Notes under the pieces: generated by a model
What the model was told of the DNA's origin: nothing
The model's input: the letters and a program-made list of their open reading frames with translations, nothing else
Database searches by the model: none
Assembly (NCBI GenBank): GCA_003211835.1
Contig: QCRN01000006.1
Location: 2,545-66,544 of the forward strand
From: Pelagibacteraceae bacterium AG-461-B04
Lineage (GTDB): Bacteria > Pseudomonadota > Alphaproteobacteria > Pelagibacterales > AG-422-B15
Direction of reading: 5' to 3'
DNA: 64,000 nt
Position numbers and translations under genes: made by a program
In this document: positions 55,011 to 64,000 of the stretch, piece by piece
Position numbering within the stretch: the stretch's first letter is position 1
Layout of the letters: each line of letters opens with the position of its first letter

Positions 55011-55801
55011 GATTTCAATTTATTTGTAAGTTTTTTAACCATTGCGCCAATATTGGCAGCTGGATTCTGTCCCTCACGCACTGACTTAGATATCTCCCTG
55101 CAAAGTGCAGATCCTACTACACAAGCGTCAGTGTCTTTAAAGTCTCCAATTGTTTCTTCAGTGATCCCAAATCCAATAATACATTTCTTCTCAGGTGCTA
55201 TTGTCTTAATAAAATTAAACCTGTCCTTTATTTCACTTGGGCTCACTTTTAATTTTTGTCCAGTGGTTGATAACATTGAAATATAATAAACAACATCATG
55301 AGCATCGTTCAAAATTAATTTTAACCTCTTTTCATTTGTTGTGGGACAAAGTAGTTGAATGAAATCTATATTATTGTTTTTACATTTGGCTGCAAAATTA
55401 AGGTTAAGAGGCCACGGCCAATCTACACAAATAATTCCTGCCACCTTGCTCTCTACACACTTGCTTAAAAAACTATCTTCACCGTATGACATAATTTTAT
55501 TTTGATAGGTCATTATGATTACATTTGTATCAAATTCATTTCTTAATGTTTTAATTATATCAAATACATCGTCTGTTTTTATACCATTAGAAAGAGCTCT
55601 GTATGTACCATCTTGAATTGCGCCTCCATCACCGATGTTTGCGCCATGGCCCAAGCCACATTCAATAATATCTGCTCCCGAACGAGCTATTTCTCTAAAG
55701 ATTTCAAGAGAAGTTTCTTTGTTTGGGTCTCCACCAACTGTATAAGTTAAGAAAGCTGCATTATTTTGATCAAACGCATTTAATAACGGTGAGTTAGTCA
55801 T
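55007..55801 (-). CDS. trpA: tryptophan synthase alpha chain
   Basis: 264 aa, TIM-barrel TrpA layout. ATGA-type overlap with trpB upstream and accD downstream. Confidence 0.9.
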   Translation of the reverse strand: MTNSPLLNAFDQNNAAFLTYTVGGDPNKETSLEIFREIARSGADIIECGLGHGANIGDGGAIQDGTYRALSNGIKTDDVFDIIKTLRNEFDTNVIIMTYQNKIMSYGEDSFLSKCVESKVAGIICVDWPWPLNLNFAAKCKNNNIDFIQLLCPTTNEKRLKLILNDAHDVVYYISMLSTTGQKLKVSPSEIKDRFNFIKTIAPEKKCIIGFGITEETIGDFKDTDACVVGSALCREISKSVREGQNPAANIGAMVKKLTNKLKS

Positions 55802-57030
55802 ATTTTATATCCTAAACGTTCAGCTATTATTCTAGAGTCCTTTGCAGAGTCTCCACAAGAGTCAACCACAATAATAGTATCCTTACTTAAAGATGGGGCA
55901 ATTTTTATTGCTTCAGCAAAAGCATGAGAAGGTTCTAGTGAAGGACTCACAAAACCTTCCATTCTACTTACCAGTTGAAAAGCATTAATCGCTTCCTCAT
56001 CAGTTGCAGAGGTATATCTTGCTCTACCAGACTCTTTAAGAAAACAGTGCAGTGGTGAAACGCCTGGATAGTCTAAACCCGCACTAATAGATGCTGTTTC
56101 CTCAATCTCTCCCTGATTATCTTGGATAACATATTGTGTTGCTCCGTGAAGCACACCTAAAGGAGAATTATTGGTAAGAGGTGCCGCATGCATTGATGAC
56201 TCTTCAGGTCCACCAGCTTCTACGCCAATTAATTCAACATTATCATGATCTATCCATTCATTCCAAAACCCGGCTGCAGAGGATCCTCCTCCAACACAGT
56301 TAATCAGTTTCATGTCTTTCGGGACCTCTCCAAACTCATCAATCACCTGTTTTTTCATTTCACGAGAAATTTGTGCAGTAGACCATGCACAGATTTTGAC
56401 AAATATTGTTGGTCCAACCGTACTGCCAACGCACATGTGTGCCTGCTCGTTTTCACTAGTCCACCATCTCATACATTCTGAAACGGCATCTACAAGTGTT
56501 TGAGAACCTGAATCAACAGGTATAACCTCTGCACCATAGCTTCTCATTGAAAATACATTAATAGATTGTCGCTCGATATCTTTAGAGCCCATAAATATTT
56601 TACATTTCAAATTGAACTTGGCAGCGGCCATACTCAACATCTTTCCCGCATAACCCGCGCCCGTATCTCCACCGATGAAAGTTTTTCCTAATCTTTTACA
56701 GATAAGACTATGAACTACAGCATTGTATGCCTTATGTGCACCGCCAGTAGCTTTTGAAACAAGCTTGCAGTAAATTTGTGCTCCCCCAAGGTGATTAGTA
56801 AGGTTTTCCAGTTTTATGAAAGGAGTAGGAGCTCCTATAAAGTTTTTGAAGTAGAAATCTCTTTCTGCAATGAAGGTATCGTCATTTCTAAGTTTTTCAA
56901 ACTCTTTAGTTAATTCTTCAATTGGGTGATTTAAACTTTCCGCAATCTGATTTCCACCAAATTTTCCTCCCCAGTATCCATTCTCATCGTGCTGATCAAT
57001 AAGTGGAATACCCTTTTGTAATTCGATCAT
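55798..57030 (-). CDS. trpB: tryptophan synthase beta chain
   Basis: 410 aa. YWGGKFGGNQIAESL, TGGAHKAYN (PLP Lys) and GGGSSAAG blocks. Confidence 0.95.
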   Translation of the reverse strand: MIELQKGIPLIDQHDENGYWGGKFGGNQIAESLNHPIEELTKEFEKLRNDDTFIAERDFYFKNFIGAPTPFIKLENLTNHLGGAQIYCKLVSKATGGAHKAYNAVVHSLICKRLGKTFIGGDTGAGYAGKMLSMAAAKFNLKCKIFMGSKDIERQSINVFSMRSYGAEVIPVDSGSQTLVDAVSECMRWWTSENEQAHMCVGSTVGPTIFVKICAWSTAQISREMKKQVIDEFGEVPKDMKLINCVGGGSSAAGFWNEWIDHDNVELIGVEAGGPEESSMHAAPLTNNSPLGVLHGATQYVIQDNQGEIEETASISAGLDYPGVSPLHCFLKESGRARYTSATDEEAINAFQLVSRMEGFVSPSLEPSHAFAEAIKIAPSLSKDTIIVVDSCGDSAKDSRIIAERLGYKI

Positions 57031-57665
57031 ATATTATTTTTTGCTTTATCAATAAACTCAGTAATTAATTGTTTATCTTTTATACCCTCTGAATCCTCAA
57101 CACCAGAACTAACATCAAAAAAACTAGTCTTTTTAAGGTTTATTGCTGAGATTATATTGTCTTTATTGAGTCCTCCTGAGAGAAAAAAGTTCTTAGATGT
57201 ATATAAATTCTCAATTATATTCCAATCAAATCTATGCCCAGTCCCTCCTTGAACATTAGCTTGAGGAGGTGAATCAAGTAGGAAATATTCTACAACTGGT
57301 TCATATTTAATTAATTCATCTAAATCTTTAGTAGAAGAAATTCCAAAGGCTTTAATAATCTTAAAATCATAATTTAATTTTATTCTTTTTACTATTTCAA
57401 GAGTTTCTTGACCATGCAATTGAATATAATGAAATCCAATTCTTGATAAATCATCTAATAACTTATCATCTGGATTAACTGTGACTGCTACAGGTATGGT
57501 TAGATCTTTTATGTCTGATAAAATTTGCTCACAATTTTCCACTGTAATATTCCTGTGAGACTTTTCATAAAAAATAAATCCAATAAAGTTTGCTCCCGCA
57601 TCAACTGCGTGCTTTGCAATCTCTTTGTCTTTCACTCCACAAATTTTAATTTGAAGATCACTCAC
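57027..57665 (-). CDS. trpF: phosphoribosylanthranilate isomerase
   Basis: 212 aa. KICGV start and QLHG block. First gene of the trpFBA arrangement. Confidence 0.9.
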   Translation of the reverse strand: MSDLQIKICGVKDKEIAKHAVDAGANFIGFIFYEKSHRNITVENCEQILSDIKDLTIPVAVTVNPDDKLLDDLSRIGFHYIQLHGQETLEIVKRIKLNYDFKIIKAFGISSTKDLDELIKYEPVVEYFLLDSPPQANVQGGTGHRFDWNIIENLYTSKNFFLSGGLNKDNIISAINLKKTSFFDVSSGVEDSEGIKDKQLITEFIDKAKNNI

Positions 57666-58354
57666 GTTATTTCTGAGTAGATATTTTCAGCTGCTTTGCC
57701 AGGGTCTTTAGCATCTGTTATCGGCCTACCCACAACTAAAACATCAGCACCAGCGTCAATAGCTTCCTTTGCTGAAAGTGTTCTTTTTTGATCATTTGAC
57801 ACATTCTCTTTACCTCTAATTCCTGGAGAAATTATCTGTAGATTACTTCCATGAGCATTTTTTACTTCTGAAATTTCCATAGGACTGCAAACAATTCCAT
57901 CCATACCACAATTGAACGCAAGTTGAGTTAGTTGTTTCACATTCTCATTGACTGATTTTTTAATACCAATCTCTGTAATGAGATCATCATTAAAGCTGGT
58001 TAACATAGTCACACCGATCAATTTAGTTTTACTATGAAGTTCATTTTTTGTATTTACACATTCAATAAGCATTTCCGAGCCCCCTAAAAGATGTAAAGTA
58101 GTATATTCTGGTTCAAATTGTAAAATATTACTAAGTGCTTTTTTTACTGTATTTGGAATATCGTATAATTTTAGATCTATAAAAATTGGAATTTCCAATT
58201 TTTTAATTTTTTCCAGTCCTAAAAGACCACAAGAAGTAAAAAACTCTAAGCCTAATTTAATCCCTCCTGTATATGGAGAAATTTGATTAACTAATTCCAT
58301 TGCTTTATCAATATCACTTGTATCGATAGCGCAAAAAATAGGATTATTAGTCAA
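57662..58354 (-). CDS. pyrF: orotidine 5'-phosphate decarboxylase
   Basis: 230 aa. IFIDLKLYDIPNT catalytic block and VVGRPI C-terminal block. TTG start. Confidence 0.9.
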   Translation of the reverse strand: MTNNPIFCAIDTSDIDKAMELVNQISPYTGGIKLGLEFFTSCGLLGLEKIKKLEIPIFIDLKLYDIPNTVKKALSNILQFEPEYTTLHLLGGSEMLIECVNTKNELHSKTKLIGVTMLTSFNDDLITEIGIKKSVNENVKQLTQLAFNCGMDGIVCSPMEISEVKNAHGSNLQIISPGIRGKENVSNDQKRTLSAKEAIDAGADVLVVGRPITDAKDPGKAAENIYSEIT

Positions 58355-58361
58355 AACAAAA

Positions 58362-58688
58362 TTAGAAGTTATCGCCTTCTTCTCGTGAAACAGAGGTATT
58401 ATTTTTTGAATTTAATTTAAGTCTTAATTCTTTTCCAGTTTTAAATCTTGGAATATATTTCTCATCTACTTGAACTGCCTCTCCAGTTCTTGGATTTCTT
58501 CCTGTTCTTTCTTTTCTATATTGCACTGAAAATGCTCCAAAACCTCTTAATTCCACTCTTTTTCCCTCAGCCAAGGAATGTGTAATTTCATTAAATATCG
58601 TATTAACTATTCTTTCTACATCTCTGACAAATAAATGAGGATTAGCATCAGTAATATTTTGTATTAGTTTAGATTTAATTAAGCTCAT
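58362..58688 (-). CDS. ihfB: integration host factor beta subunit
   Basis: 108 aa. [42 protein letters not shown] is collinear with E. coli IhfB. Located just downstream of rpsA. Confidence 0.9.
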   Translation of the reverse strand: MSLIKSKLIQNITDANPHLFVRDVERIVNTIFNEITHSLAEGKRVELRGFGAFSVQYRKERTGRNPRTGEAVQVDEKYIPRFKTGKELRLKLNSKNNTSVSREEGDNF

Positions 58689-58742
58689 ATGATAATTATA
58701 TGGTATTGAAACTTATTGTAAATAATTGAATTTAAGGAAGAT

Positions 58743-60440
58743 TTAGTCTTCTTTTTTGTCTCTTCCAAGAGCTTTTCCTAATATTGCTCCAAGACTGGCT
58801 CCACTATCCTTTGAGCCATATTTTTCCATTGCTTCGCGTTCTGTAGTTTCCTCCATCATACGTACAGACAAACTAATTTTATAACTTGCTTGATCTATAT
58901 TAGTTATTGTTGCGTCTAGTTTATCATTTTTTGCCCATCTTTCAGGACGTGCATCAGACTTTCGAAGAGCCAATTCATTTCTTTTAATTATAGAGACTGG
59001 TCCTTTTTCACCAACTCGTACCTTCAAACCAAAATCACCAGTTTCAACTACATTACATGTAACTATATCGCCTTTATGTTTATCTTTTAATTCATCAAAT
59101 GGATTTCCATCAATTTCCCTTATAGAGAGTGATACCTTGTCGTTTTCATTTGTGATAATTTTAGCCTTAATATTGTCACCAACTTTATATTTCTTAATTT
59201 CTTCTTTTGGATCTGCATCCCATGAGAGATCTTTACTGAATATTGCCCCATCAATTTCACCCTCGAGGTTACAGAAAATAATTCCATCTTTAATACTTGA
59301 AATATTCGTCTCTATTATACTGCCAATTGGGTTGGCTTCATTGTATTTTTGCCAAGGATTGGGAGTTAATTGTTTGATACCTAGACTTAACCTTCTTTTC
59401 TCATGGTCAATTTCTAAAATTTGACAGTCAACAGACTGGGATCTAGCATATAAGTTGCCAGGTTTGGAGTTTTGTTTTTGACTCCATGTAAGCATATCTT
59501 TATGACAAAGACCCTCAACACCATTCTCAATTTCAATAAATATCCCGTATTCTGCCACATTGGTAACGACACCTTTAACTTTATCATCAACGTTAAATTT
59601 TTCCCTAACTAAAAGCCACGGATCACTCTCTAATTGTTTCATACCCACTGAAACGCGATTTTTTTCTGGATCAACTTTTATAATTTTGACCCTTACTTGC
59701 TGATCAATTTTTAAAACCTCAGACGGGTGACCAATTCTTTTATACGTAATGTCACTGCTATGGAGAAGAGAGTCATAGCCACCAAGATCTACAAATGCTC
59801 CATAATCGGTCAATGCCTTTATCTTTCCTTCTACTTCATCACCTAATTTAAGTTGTGAAAATCTTTCTTGTCTAACCTCTTTATGCATTTCCTCTAAGAC
59901 TGCTCTTCGGGATACTACGATATTATTTCTTTTAGCATCCATCTTAAGAATTTTAAATTTTTGGGGAATATCCAATAAATGGCTCACATCTCTTTGAACT
60001 CTTGTATCTATCTGAGATCCTGGAAGAAATGCGGTAACACCAATTTCAACTGATAATCCACCCTTAACTTTTCCTGTAATGACCCCTTCTACTAATTCTT
60101 CAGCTTCAAAGGATCTTTCTATTTCGGCCCAAATTTCTTTTGATTTAGCTTTTGATCGCGAAAGTACACAATCGCCATTATGGTTCTCAATCTTGTCTAA
60201 ATAAACATCTATTTCATCACCAACTTCTAATTCTTTTTGGTCTTTTCGAAATGCAAATTCACGTTTTGAAATTCTACCTTCGATCTTTGCTCCTATATCA
60301 ACTATTACCGCATCATCCTCAATTTCAGAAATAGTCCCTTTAATGATAGTGCCTTCTTTTAATTTTGAATTTTTGATTGACTCAGCGAGTATTGAGTCGA
60401 ACTCTGTCATTTGATTATTTTCTACGGACTCTTGATTCAT
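58743..60440 (-). CDS. rpsA: 30S ribosomal protein S1
   Basis: 565 aa made of six S1 OB-fold repeats (recurring G.V......G.FV... pattern). Confidence 0.95.
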   Translation of the reverse strand: MNQESVENNQMTEFDSILAESIKNSKLKEGTIIKGTISEIEDDAVIVDIGAKIEGRISKREFAFRKDQKELEVGDEIDVYLDKIENHNGDCVLSRSKAKSKEIWAEIERSFEAEELVEGVITGKVKGGLSVEIGVTAFLPGSQIDTRVQRDVSHLLDIPQKFKILKMDAKRNNIVVSRRAVLEEMHKEVRQERFSQLKLGDEVEGKIKALTDYGAFVDLGGYDSLLHSSDITYKRIGHPSEVLKIDQQVRVKIIKVDPEKNRVSVGMKQLESDPWLLVREKFNVDDKVKGVVTNVAEYGIFIEIENGVEGLCHKDMLTWSQKQNSKPGNLYARSQSVDCQILEIDHEKRRLSLGIKQLTPNPWQKYNEANPIGSIIETNISSIKDGIIFCNLEGEIDGAIFSKDLSWDADPKEEIKKYKVGDNIKAKIITNENDKVSLSIREIDGNPFDELKDKHKGDIVTCNVVETGDFGLKVRVGEKGPVSIIKRNELALRKSDARPERWAKNDKLDATITNIDQASYKISLSVRMMEETTEREAMEKYGSKDSGASLGAILGKALGRDKKED

Positions 60441-61081
60441 ATAGTTTTAGTTTTTAGTATTATCTTTATTAATGCGTTAAAAGCCTGTTCTATATCAATA
60501 TAAGTGGTATCTAGCAATACCGAATTTGCGGCTGGCAATAAGGGGGCAATTTTTCTTGTCATATCCTTTCGATCGCGAACGTTTATTTCGTTAAAAACCT
60601 TACTATAGCTTGTTTTTTTGCCATTTTTTCTTAGCTGCTCTTGTCTTCTTTTAGCTCTTACTTCTGCCGCTGCCCACAAAAAAATCTTAAAGTTTGCTTT
60701 TGGAAAGATAATAGTGCCAATGTCCCTACCTTCAATAATCACAAATTTTTTATCATGCCCATATTTTTTTGGAAAACTTCTTTGGAAAGCAAGCAGTTTA
60801 TTTCTTACTTCTTTTTTTGCTGATATTATTGAAGAAACTTTATCCACTTCACTAGAGTAAAGTTCTGCAGAGCCTAGATTATCTAAATCGATATAAGTAA
60901 TACATTTTAAAATTTCTTTAGTGTTATTAATTTTAATTTTTCGTTTGATGATTTCTAATGCTAATACTCGGTATAACTTGCCACTATATAATACAGGTGC
61001 TTTAAATTTTTTTGAGATTTGTTTAGCTAATGTTGATTTTCCAACTGAGGCAGGTCCATCAATTGCAATTATTTTTGCCAT
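60437..61081 (-). CDS. cmk: cytidylate kinase
   Basis: 214 aa. IAIDGPASVGKST P-loop and GRDIGT block. Sits between aroA and rpsA. Confidence 0.92.
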   Translation of the reverse strand: MAKIIAIDGPASVGKSTLAKQISKKFKAPVLYSGKLYRVLALEIIKRKIKINNTKEILKCITYIDLDNLGSAELYSSEVDKVSSIISAKKEVRNKLLAFQRSFPKKYGHDKKFVIIEGRDIGTIIFPKANFKIFLWAAAEVRAKRRQEQLRKNGKKTSYSKVFNEINVRDRKDMTRKIAPLLPAANSVLLDTTYIDIEQAFNALIKIILKTKTI

Positions 61082-62370
61082 TAATTTGTGGATAACTTTT
61101 TTAAATGTTTCTTAAAATCAGGATAACTTATTGAGATACAGGACTCGTCATCGATAATTAATTTGTTTTTAAAACGTAGACTTAAAATTATAAACGACAT
61201 AGCTATTCTGTGATCACCATATGTTTTTATTTTTTTTGGATTAATTATCTGCAACTTGTTTGATCCTTTGATATGTATATCATCCTTCTTAGAAACGACT
61301 TTAAAGCCAATTCTTGATAAATTTGTTATTATACTTTTTATTCGATCGCTTTCTTTATGTCTAAGCTCTGATAATCCTCTCATAACTGTTACCCCTTTGG
61401 CCTGTGATGCGGCAATTGAGAGTATCGGATATTCGTCTATCAAATAGGGAGATAGTGATGCTTTTATTTTTAGCGATTTTAGTAAGCTATATGTGACTTT
61501 TATGTCGCCAACATTTTCACCAGATACTGTTTTAGTTTTTTTTACACTTATCTTACCTCCCATCATTTTAAGGACATCTATAAAAGCAATTCTAGACTTG
61601 TTAAGCGCTATATTTTTTAGAGTAATTTTAGACCCTGGAATAATAAGCGCTCCTACAATAAAAAAAGCTGCACTGGATGGGTCACTTGCTACTATAATAT
61701 CTCTTGGCTTTATTTCATATGGACCATTAAGCTCAATCGACGTTGAGTTATTGCTTAATATTTTTTTTTCGAAGTTTATTCTAAGATAACGCATTAATCT
61801 TTCTGTGTGGTCACGTGTATTTCTTCTTTCAATTATTCTAGTTTTTCCTCGCAAGTTAAGAGCTGACAGCATAATAGCAGATTTAACTTGAGCAGATGCT
61901 TTTTGCATAACATGCTCCATAGGAATAAGATTTATGTCACCTTTTATATGAAGTGGTAAAAAATCTTTTTTAGTAAGTTTTATTTCTGCCCCCATTTTTT
62001 CAAGAAATATTGATAATCTTGACATTGATCGTTTACTTAGGGAATTATCGCCTATAAATGTGCAGCTTATTGGATTAGAAGAAACTGCTCCCATCATCAA
62101 ACGTGAAGTCGTGCCACTATTGCCACAATCAAGTACTTGAGCAGGTTGAATATATCCCCCAGTTCCATTTCCATACACAATCCATTGTGCTTTTTTTTTA
62201 ATAATTTTTATGCCCAACTCTTTTAAAATCTTCAGAGTTCGCATTACATCATCTGACTCAAGTAAATTTGAAATTTTTACTTTACCTGTAGAAAGTGAGG
62301 CAAAAATTAGTGCCCTGTGTGAAATAGACTTATCTCCAGATATTGTGATTGAACCTTTTAATTTAAGCAC
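61081..62370 (-). CDS. aroA: 3-phosphoshikimate 1-carboxyvinyltransferase (EPSP synthase)
   Basis: 429 aa. GDKSISHRAL, LDCGNSGTTSRLMMG and YGDHRIAMSF blocks. GTG start. Confidence 0.93.
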   Translation of the reverse strand: MLKLKGSITISGDKSISHRALIFASLSTGKVKISNLLESDDVMRTLKILKELGIKIIKKKAQWIVYGNGTGGYIQPAQVLDCGNSGTTSRLMMGAVSSNPISCTFIGDNSLSKRSMSRLSIFLEKMGAEIKLTKKDFLPLHIKGDINLIPMEHVMQKASAQVKSAIMLSALNLRGKTRIIERRNTRDHTERLMRYLRINFEKKILSNNSTSIELNGPYEIKPRDIIVASDPSSAAFFIVGALIIPGSKITLKNIALNKSRIAFIDVLKMMGGKISVKKTKTVSGENVGDIKVTYSLLKSLKIKASLSPYLIDEYPILSIAASQAKGVTVMRGLSELRHKESDRIKSIITNLSRIGFKVVSKKDDIHIKGSNKLQIINPKKIKTYGDHRIAMSFIILSLRFKNKLIIDDESCISISYPDFKKHLKKLSTN

Positions 62371-62472
62371 TTTTATATTGTTAATTTAATAAGTTAGGAT
62401 ATTCTTCATTAATACTGTATATTTTTTGTAAATTGTCAAAATTTTAACCAATAAATTATCTAGAAATTATAT

Positions 62473-62841
62473 ATGCCAGACATAAAATTTGGAAAGAAGG
62501 TTGTTTGCAGTAACTGTGAAGCAAAATTTTATGACCTTAATCGAAAACCAGCTATTTGCCCGCACTGTGGTACTGAATATGTAGATCCTTTAAGCGAGAC
62601 AATAACATCCACAGCCAAACAAGTTTTTATCGATGATGTAGATACAATTGCTGATGATAACTTAGTTGGAAGTAATGCAACAGAATCGATAGCTGATGAT
62701 GCTGAAATAGAACTAAATGATGAAATAGACGAAGACACAATTAGTCTTGAAGATTCGGAAGTAGACAACGAAGTTATGACTAGTGATGTCGACATAGATT
62801 TAGAAAATGGCGAAACTAACGAAGGAATTGATCAAGAATAG
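62473..62841 (+). CDS. TIGR02300 (FYDLN_acid) family zinc-ribbon protein with an acidic tail
   Basis: 122 aa. CSNCEAKFYDLNR...CPHCG followed by a long Asp/Glu-rich tail. Confidence 0.8.
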   Translation: MPDIKFGKKVVCSNCEAKFYDLNRKPAICPHCGTEYVDPLSETITSTAKQVFIDDVDTIADDNLVGSNATESIADDAEIELNDEIDEDTISLEDSEVDNEVMTSDVDIDLENGETNEGIDQE

Positions 62842-62845
62842 ATAT

Positions 62846-62921
62846 GGGGCTGTAGCTCAGCTGGGAGAGCATCAGCATGGCATGTTGAGGGTCACCGGTT
62901 CGATCCCGGTCAGCTCCACCA
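62846..62921 (+). tRNA. tRNA-Ala (anticodon GGC), CCA encoded
   Basis: Hand-folded cloverleaf: acceptor GGGGCTG/CAGCTCC with the G3:U70 alanine identity pair, D arm GCTC/GAGC, anticodon arm TCAGC-ATGGCAT-GTTGA, T arm ACCGG-TTCGATC-CCGGT, then ACCA. 76 nt. Confidence 0.93.
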
Positions 62922-63674
62922 TTAAAACTTGAACGTGTCGCCTAAATAAAATTTTCTTGCTTCTTTATTACCAAGTATTTTTTCACTTGTTCCATGTGCT
63001 ATTATTTCACCACTAAACAGAAGATAGCTATAATCACTAATATCAAGTACCTCTCTGACCTGGTGATCAGTTATAATAACAGAAATACCTTTTTCTTTAA
63101 GCCTATTAATTTCAGACTTAATATCGTTAATTGAAATGGGATCCAACGCCGAGAAAGGTTCATCAAATAATACATAAGAAGGGTTGGTTCCAAGCAGTCT
63201 TGCACATTCACATTTTCGCCTTTCGCCACCTGACAACTGATGAGGCATCGCATTTCGTAAATGAGTTAAATTAAATTCAGCTAATAGCTCTTCAAGTCTA
63301 TTTTTTCTTTGATCTAAATTAAGTTTAGTTGTTTCTAATATAGCCATTATGTTATTTTCAACACTTAGACCTCTAAAAATACTTGGTTGTTGTGGCAAAT
63401 AACCAAGTCCAGCCTGAGCTCTTTTCCACATGGGAAGAGTAGTAATATCTTTTTTGTTTAATTTAATTTCTCCTCCATCACAAACAATGAGTCCCATAAT
63501 ACAATATAAGGCTGTACTTTTACCAGCACCATTTGGACCAAGTAAGCCAATTACTTTTCCTTTTTCAACTTTCATTGAGATATTTCTCACGATTTGTTTT
63601 CCTGAAAGTGATTTTCTTAGGTTATTAATTTCAAGTCCCGAATTTGATGAAATTAATGTAGGTTTATTAGTCAT
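62922..63674 (-). CDS. lptB: LPS export ABC transporter ATP-binding protein
   Basis: 250 aa. Walker A GPNGAGKST, signature LSGGERRKCECARLL, Walker B VLFDEP. Directly downstream of an OstA/LptA-like gene. Confidence 0.9.
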   Translation of the reverse strand: MTNKPTLISSNSGLEINNLRKSLSGKQIVRNISMKVEKGKVIGLLGPNGAGKSTALYCIMGLIVCDGGEIKLNKKDITTLPMWKRAQAGLGYLPQQPSIFRGLSVENNIMAILETTKLNLDQRKNRLEELLAEFNLTHLRNAMPHQLSGGERRKCECARLLGTNPSYVLFDEPFSALDPISINDIKSEINRLKEKGISVIITDHQVREVLDISDYSYLLFSGEIIAHGTSEKILGNKEARKFYLGDTFKF

Positions 63675-63681
63675 TATAATT

Positions 63682-64000
63682 TTATTTTTCGTTGATTATT
63701 AATGCTTCCACTCTTTTATTTGAGTCACTAACCATAATACTTGATGAATTTTCAAGATCCACAATTATTTTGTCACACATGATAATACTTCGATTTTGTA
63801 TAACTTCAACTTTACCAAAAACAATTAATTTATTCTGAATTGGATCATACTGCGCCCTATCACCATTAATGGATAATCCTTCTCTCACAATTTTTACATT
63901 ACCATGAGCATTGATTTCCTCAACTTCAGTTTCATCATTGCTTGAGGTCATAATTAATTTCTCAGACCAAATTTCTAAATTACCTTCTAACGCATATACG
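63682..64000 (-). CDS. lptA: LPS transport periplasmic protein LptA (OstA-like), C-terminal part; gene continues past the right edge
   Basis: The track ORF starts at Met 63951, but the frame stays open to base 64000 (...VYALEGNLEIWSEKLIMTSS...). It shows the repeating beta-jellyroll-style GNV.I....L..D.A.Y pattern and sits upstream of lptB. Confidence 0.7.
   Translation of the reverse strand, partial: VYALEGNLEIWSEKLIMTSSNDETEVEEINAHGNVKIVREGLSINGDRAQYDPIQNKLIVFGKVEVIQNRSIIMCDKIIVDLENSSSIMVSDSNKRVEALIINEK

Noticed and set aside
58743-60440. Internal repetition within the large minus-strand gene
   Set aside because: It is explained by the six tandem S1 OB-fold domains of ribosomal protein S1. 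It is not a DNA repeat element.
62529-62841. Ser-rich 88-aa antisense ORF (62529..62795) and an apparent low-complexity repeat at the 3' end of the FYDLN gene
   Set aside because: The Asp/Glu-rich tail (GAT/GAA runs) is a known feature of the TIGR02300 family. The Ser/Ile-rich ORF is simply its complement.
1-64000. CRISPR arrays, IS elements, prophage genes, toxin-antitoxin pairs, restriction-modification or other recognisable defence systems, and rRNA genes
   Set aside because: I found no regularly spaced direct repeats and no transposase, integrase, recombinase, capsid or terminase-like ORFs. No small adjacent gene pairs had TA-like features, and there were no methyltransferase or endonuclease motifs or rRNA-like stretches. 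This was inspection by eye only, so short or degenerate elements could have been missed.

Overview
This looks like a chromosomal segment from a very AT-rich (about 30% GC by eye, not computed), gene-dense, streamlined alphaproteobacterium of the marine SAR11/Pelagibacterales type. Three things support that: many 1-4 nt gene overlaps, the alphaproteobacterial synteny aroA-cmk-rpsA-ihfB-pyrF-trpFBA-accD-folC-trxA, and a GAAC-N7-GAAC SOS box. I can support about 66 protein genes, two of them truncated at the window edges and two below the 60-aa cutoff of the ORF track, plus one tRNA-Ala(GGC). I saw no rRNA, CRISPR array, transposase, integrase or phage genes.

Layout:
- 1-16.7 kb: mixed accessory genes. 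These are a TauD-like dioxygenase, an alkylsulfatase, a HupE fusion, DUF3604, amt, LexA-controlled umuDC, pdxA and several permeases.
- 16.7-40.7 kb: a large amine-catabolic supercluster. It holds gamma-glutamyl (Puu/Pau-type) enzymes, glutaryl-CoA dehydrogenase, two class-III transaminases, a PotABCD-type importer and a TetR-MFS-GNAT operon, plus three modules I cannot assign to a known pathway.
- 44.0-49.8 kb: a tight five-gene operon of unknown pathway (LLM monooxygenase, ThDP enzyme, PF06684-like protein, alpha/beta hydrolase, aldehyde dehydrogenase).
- 50-64 kb: ordinary housekeeping genes.

The three unassigned modules in the supercluster are the best candidates for something undescribed:
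- two tandem CrtI/amine-oxidase-family flavoproteins translationally coupled to a stand-alone GcvT-like folate protein;
- a Rieske oxygenase together with a paralogue that has precisely lost its Rieske [2Fe-2S] loops and sits next to a glutamine-synthetase-like ligase;
- an AlaX-like hydrolase-fold protein embedded in the same operon.

Two promoters about 4.4 kb apart carry the same palindromic operator (ATTGAAY-N4-RTTCAAT). It probably serves the adjacent TetR regulator and ties part of the cluster into one regulon. All functional calls rest on motif recognition by eye. No database search was possible.
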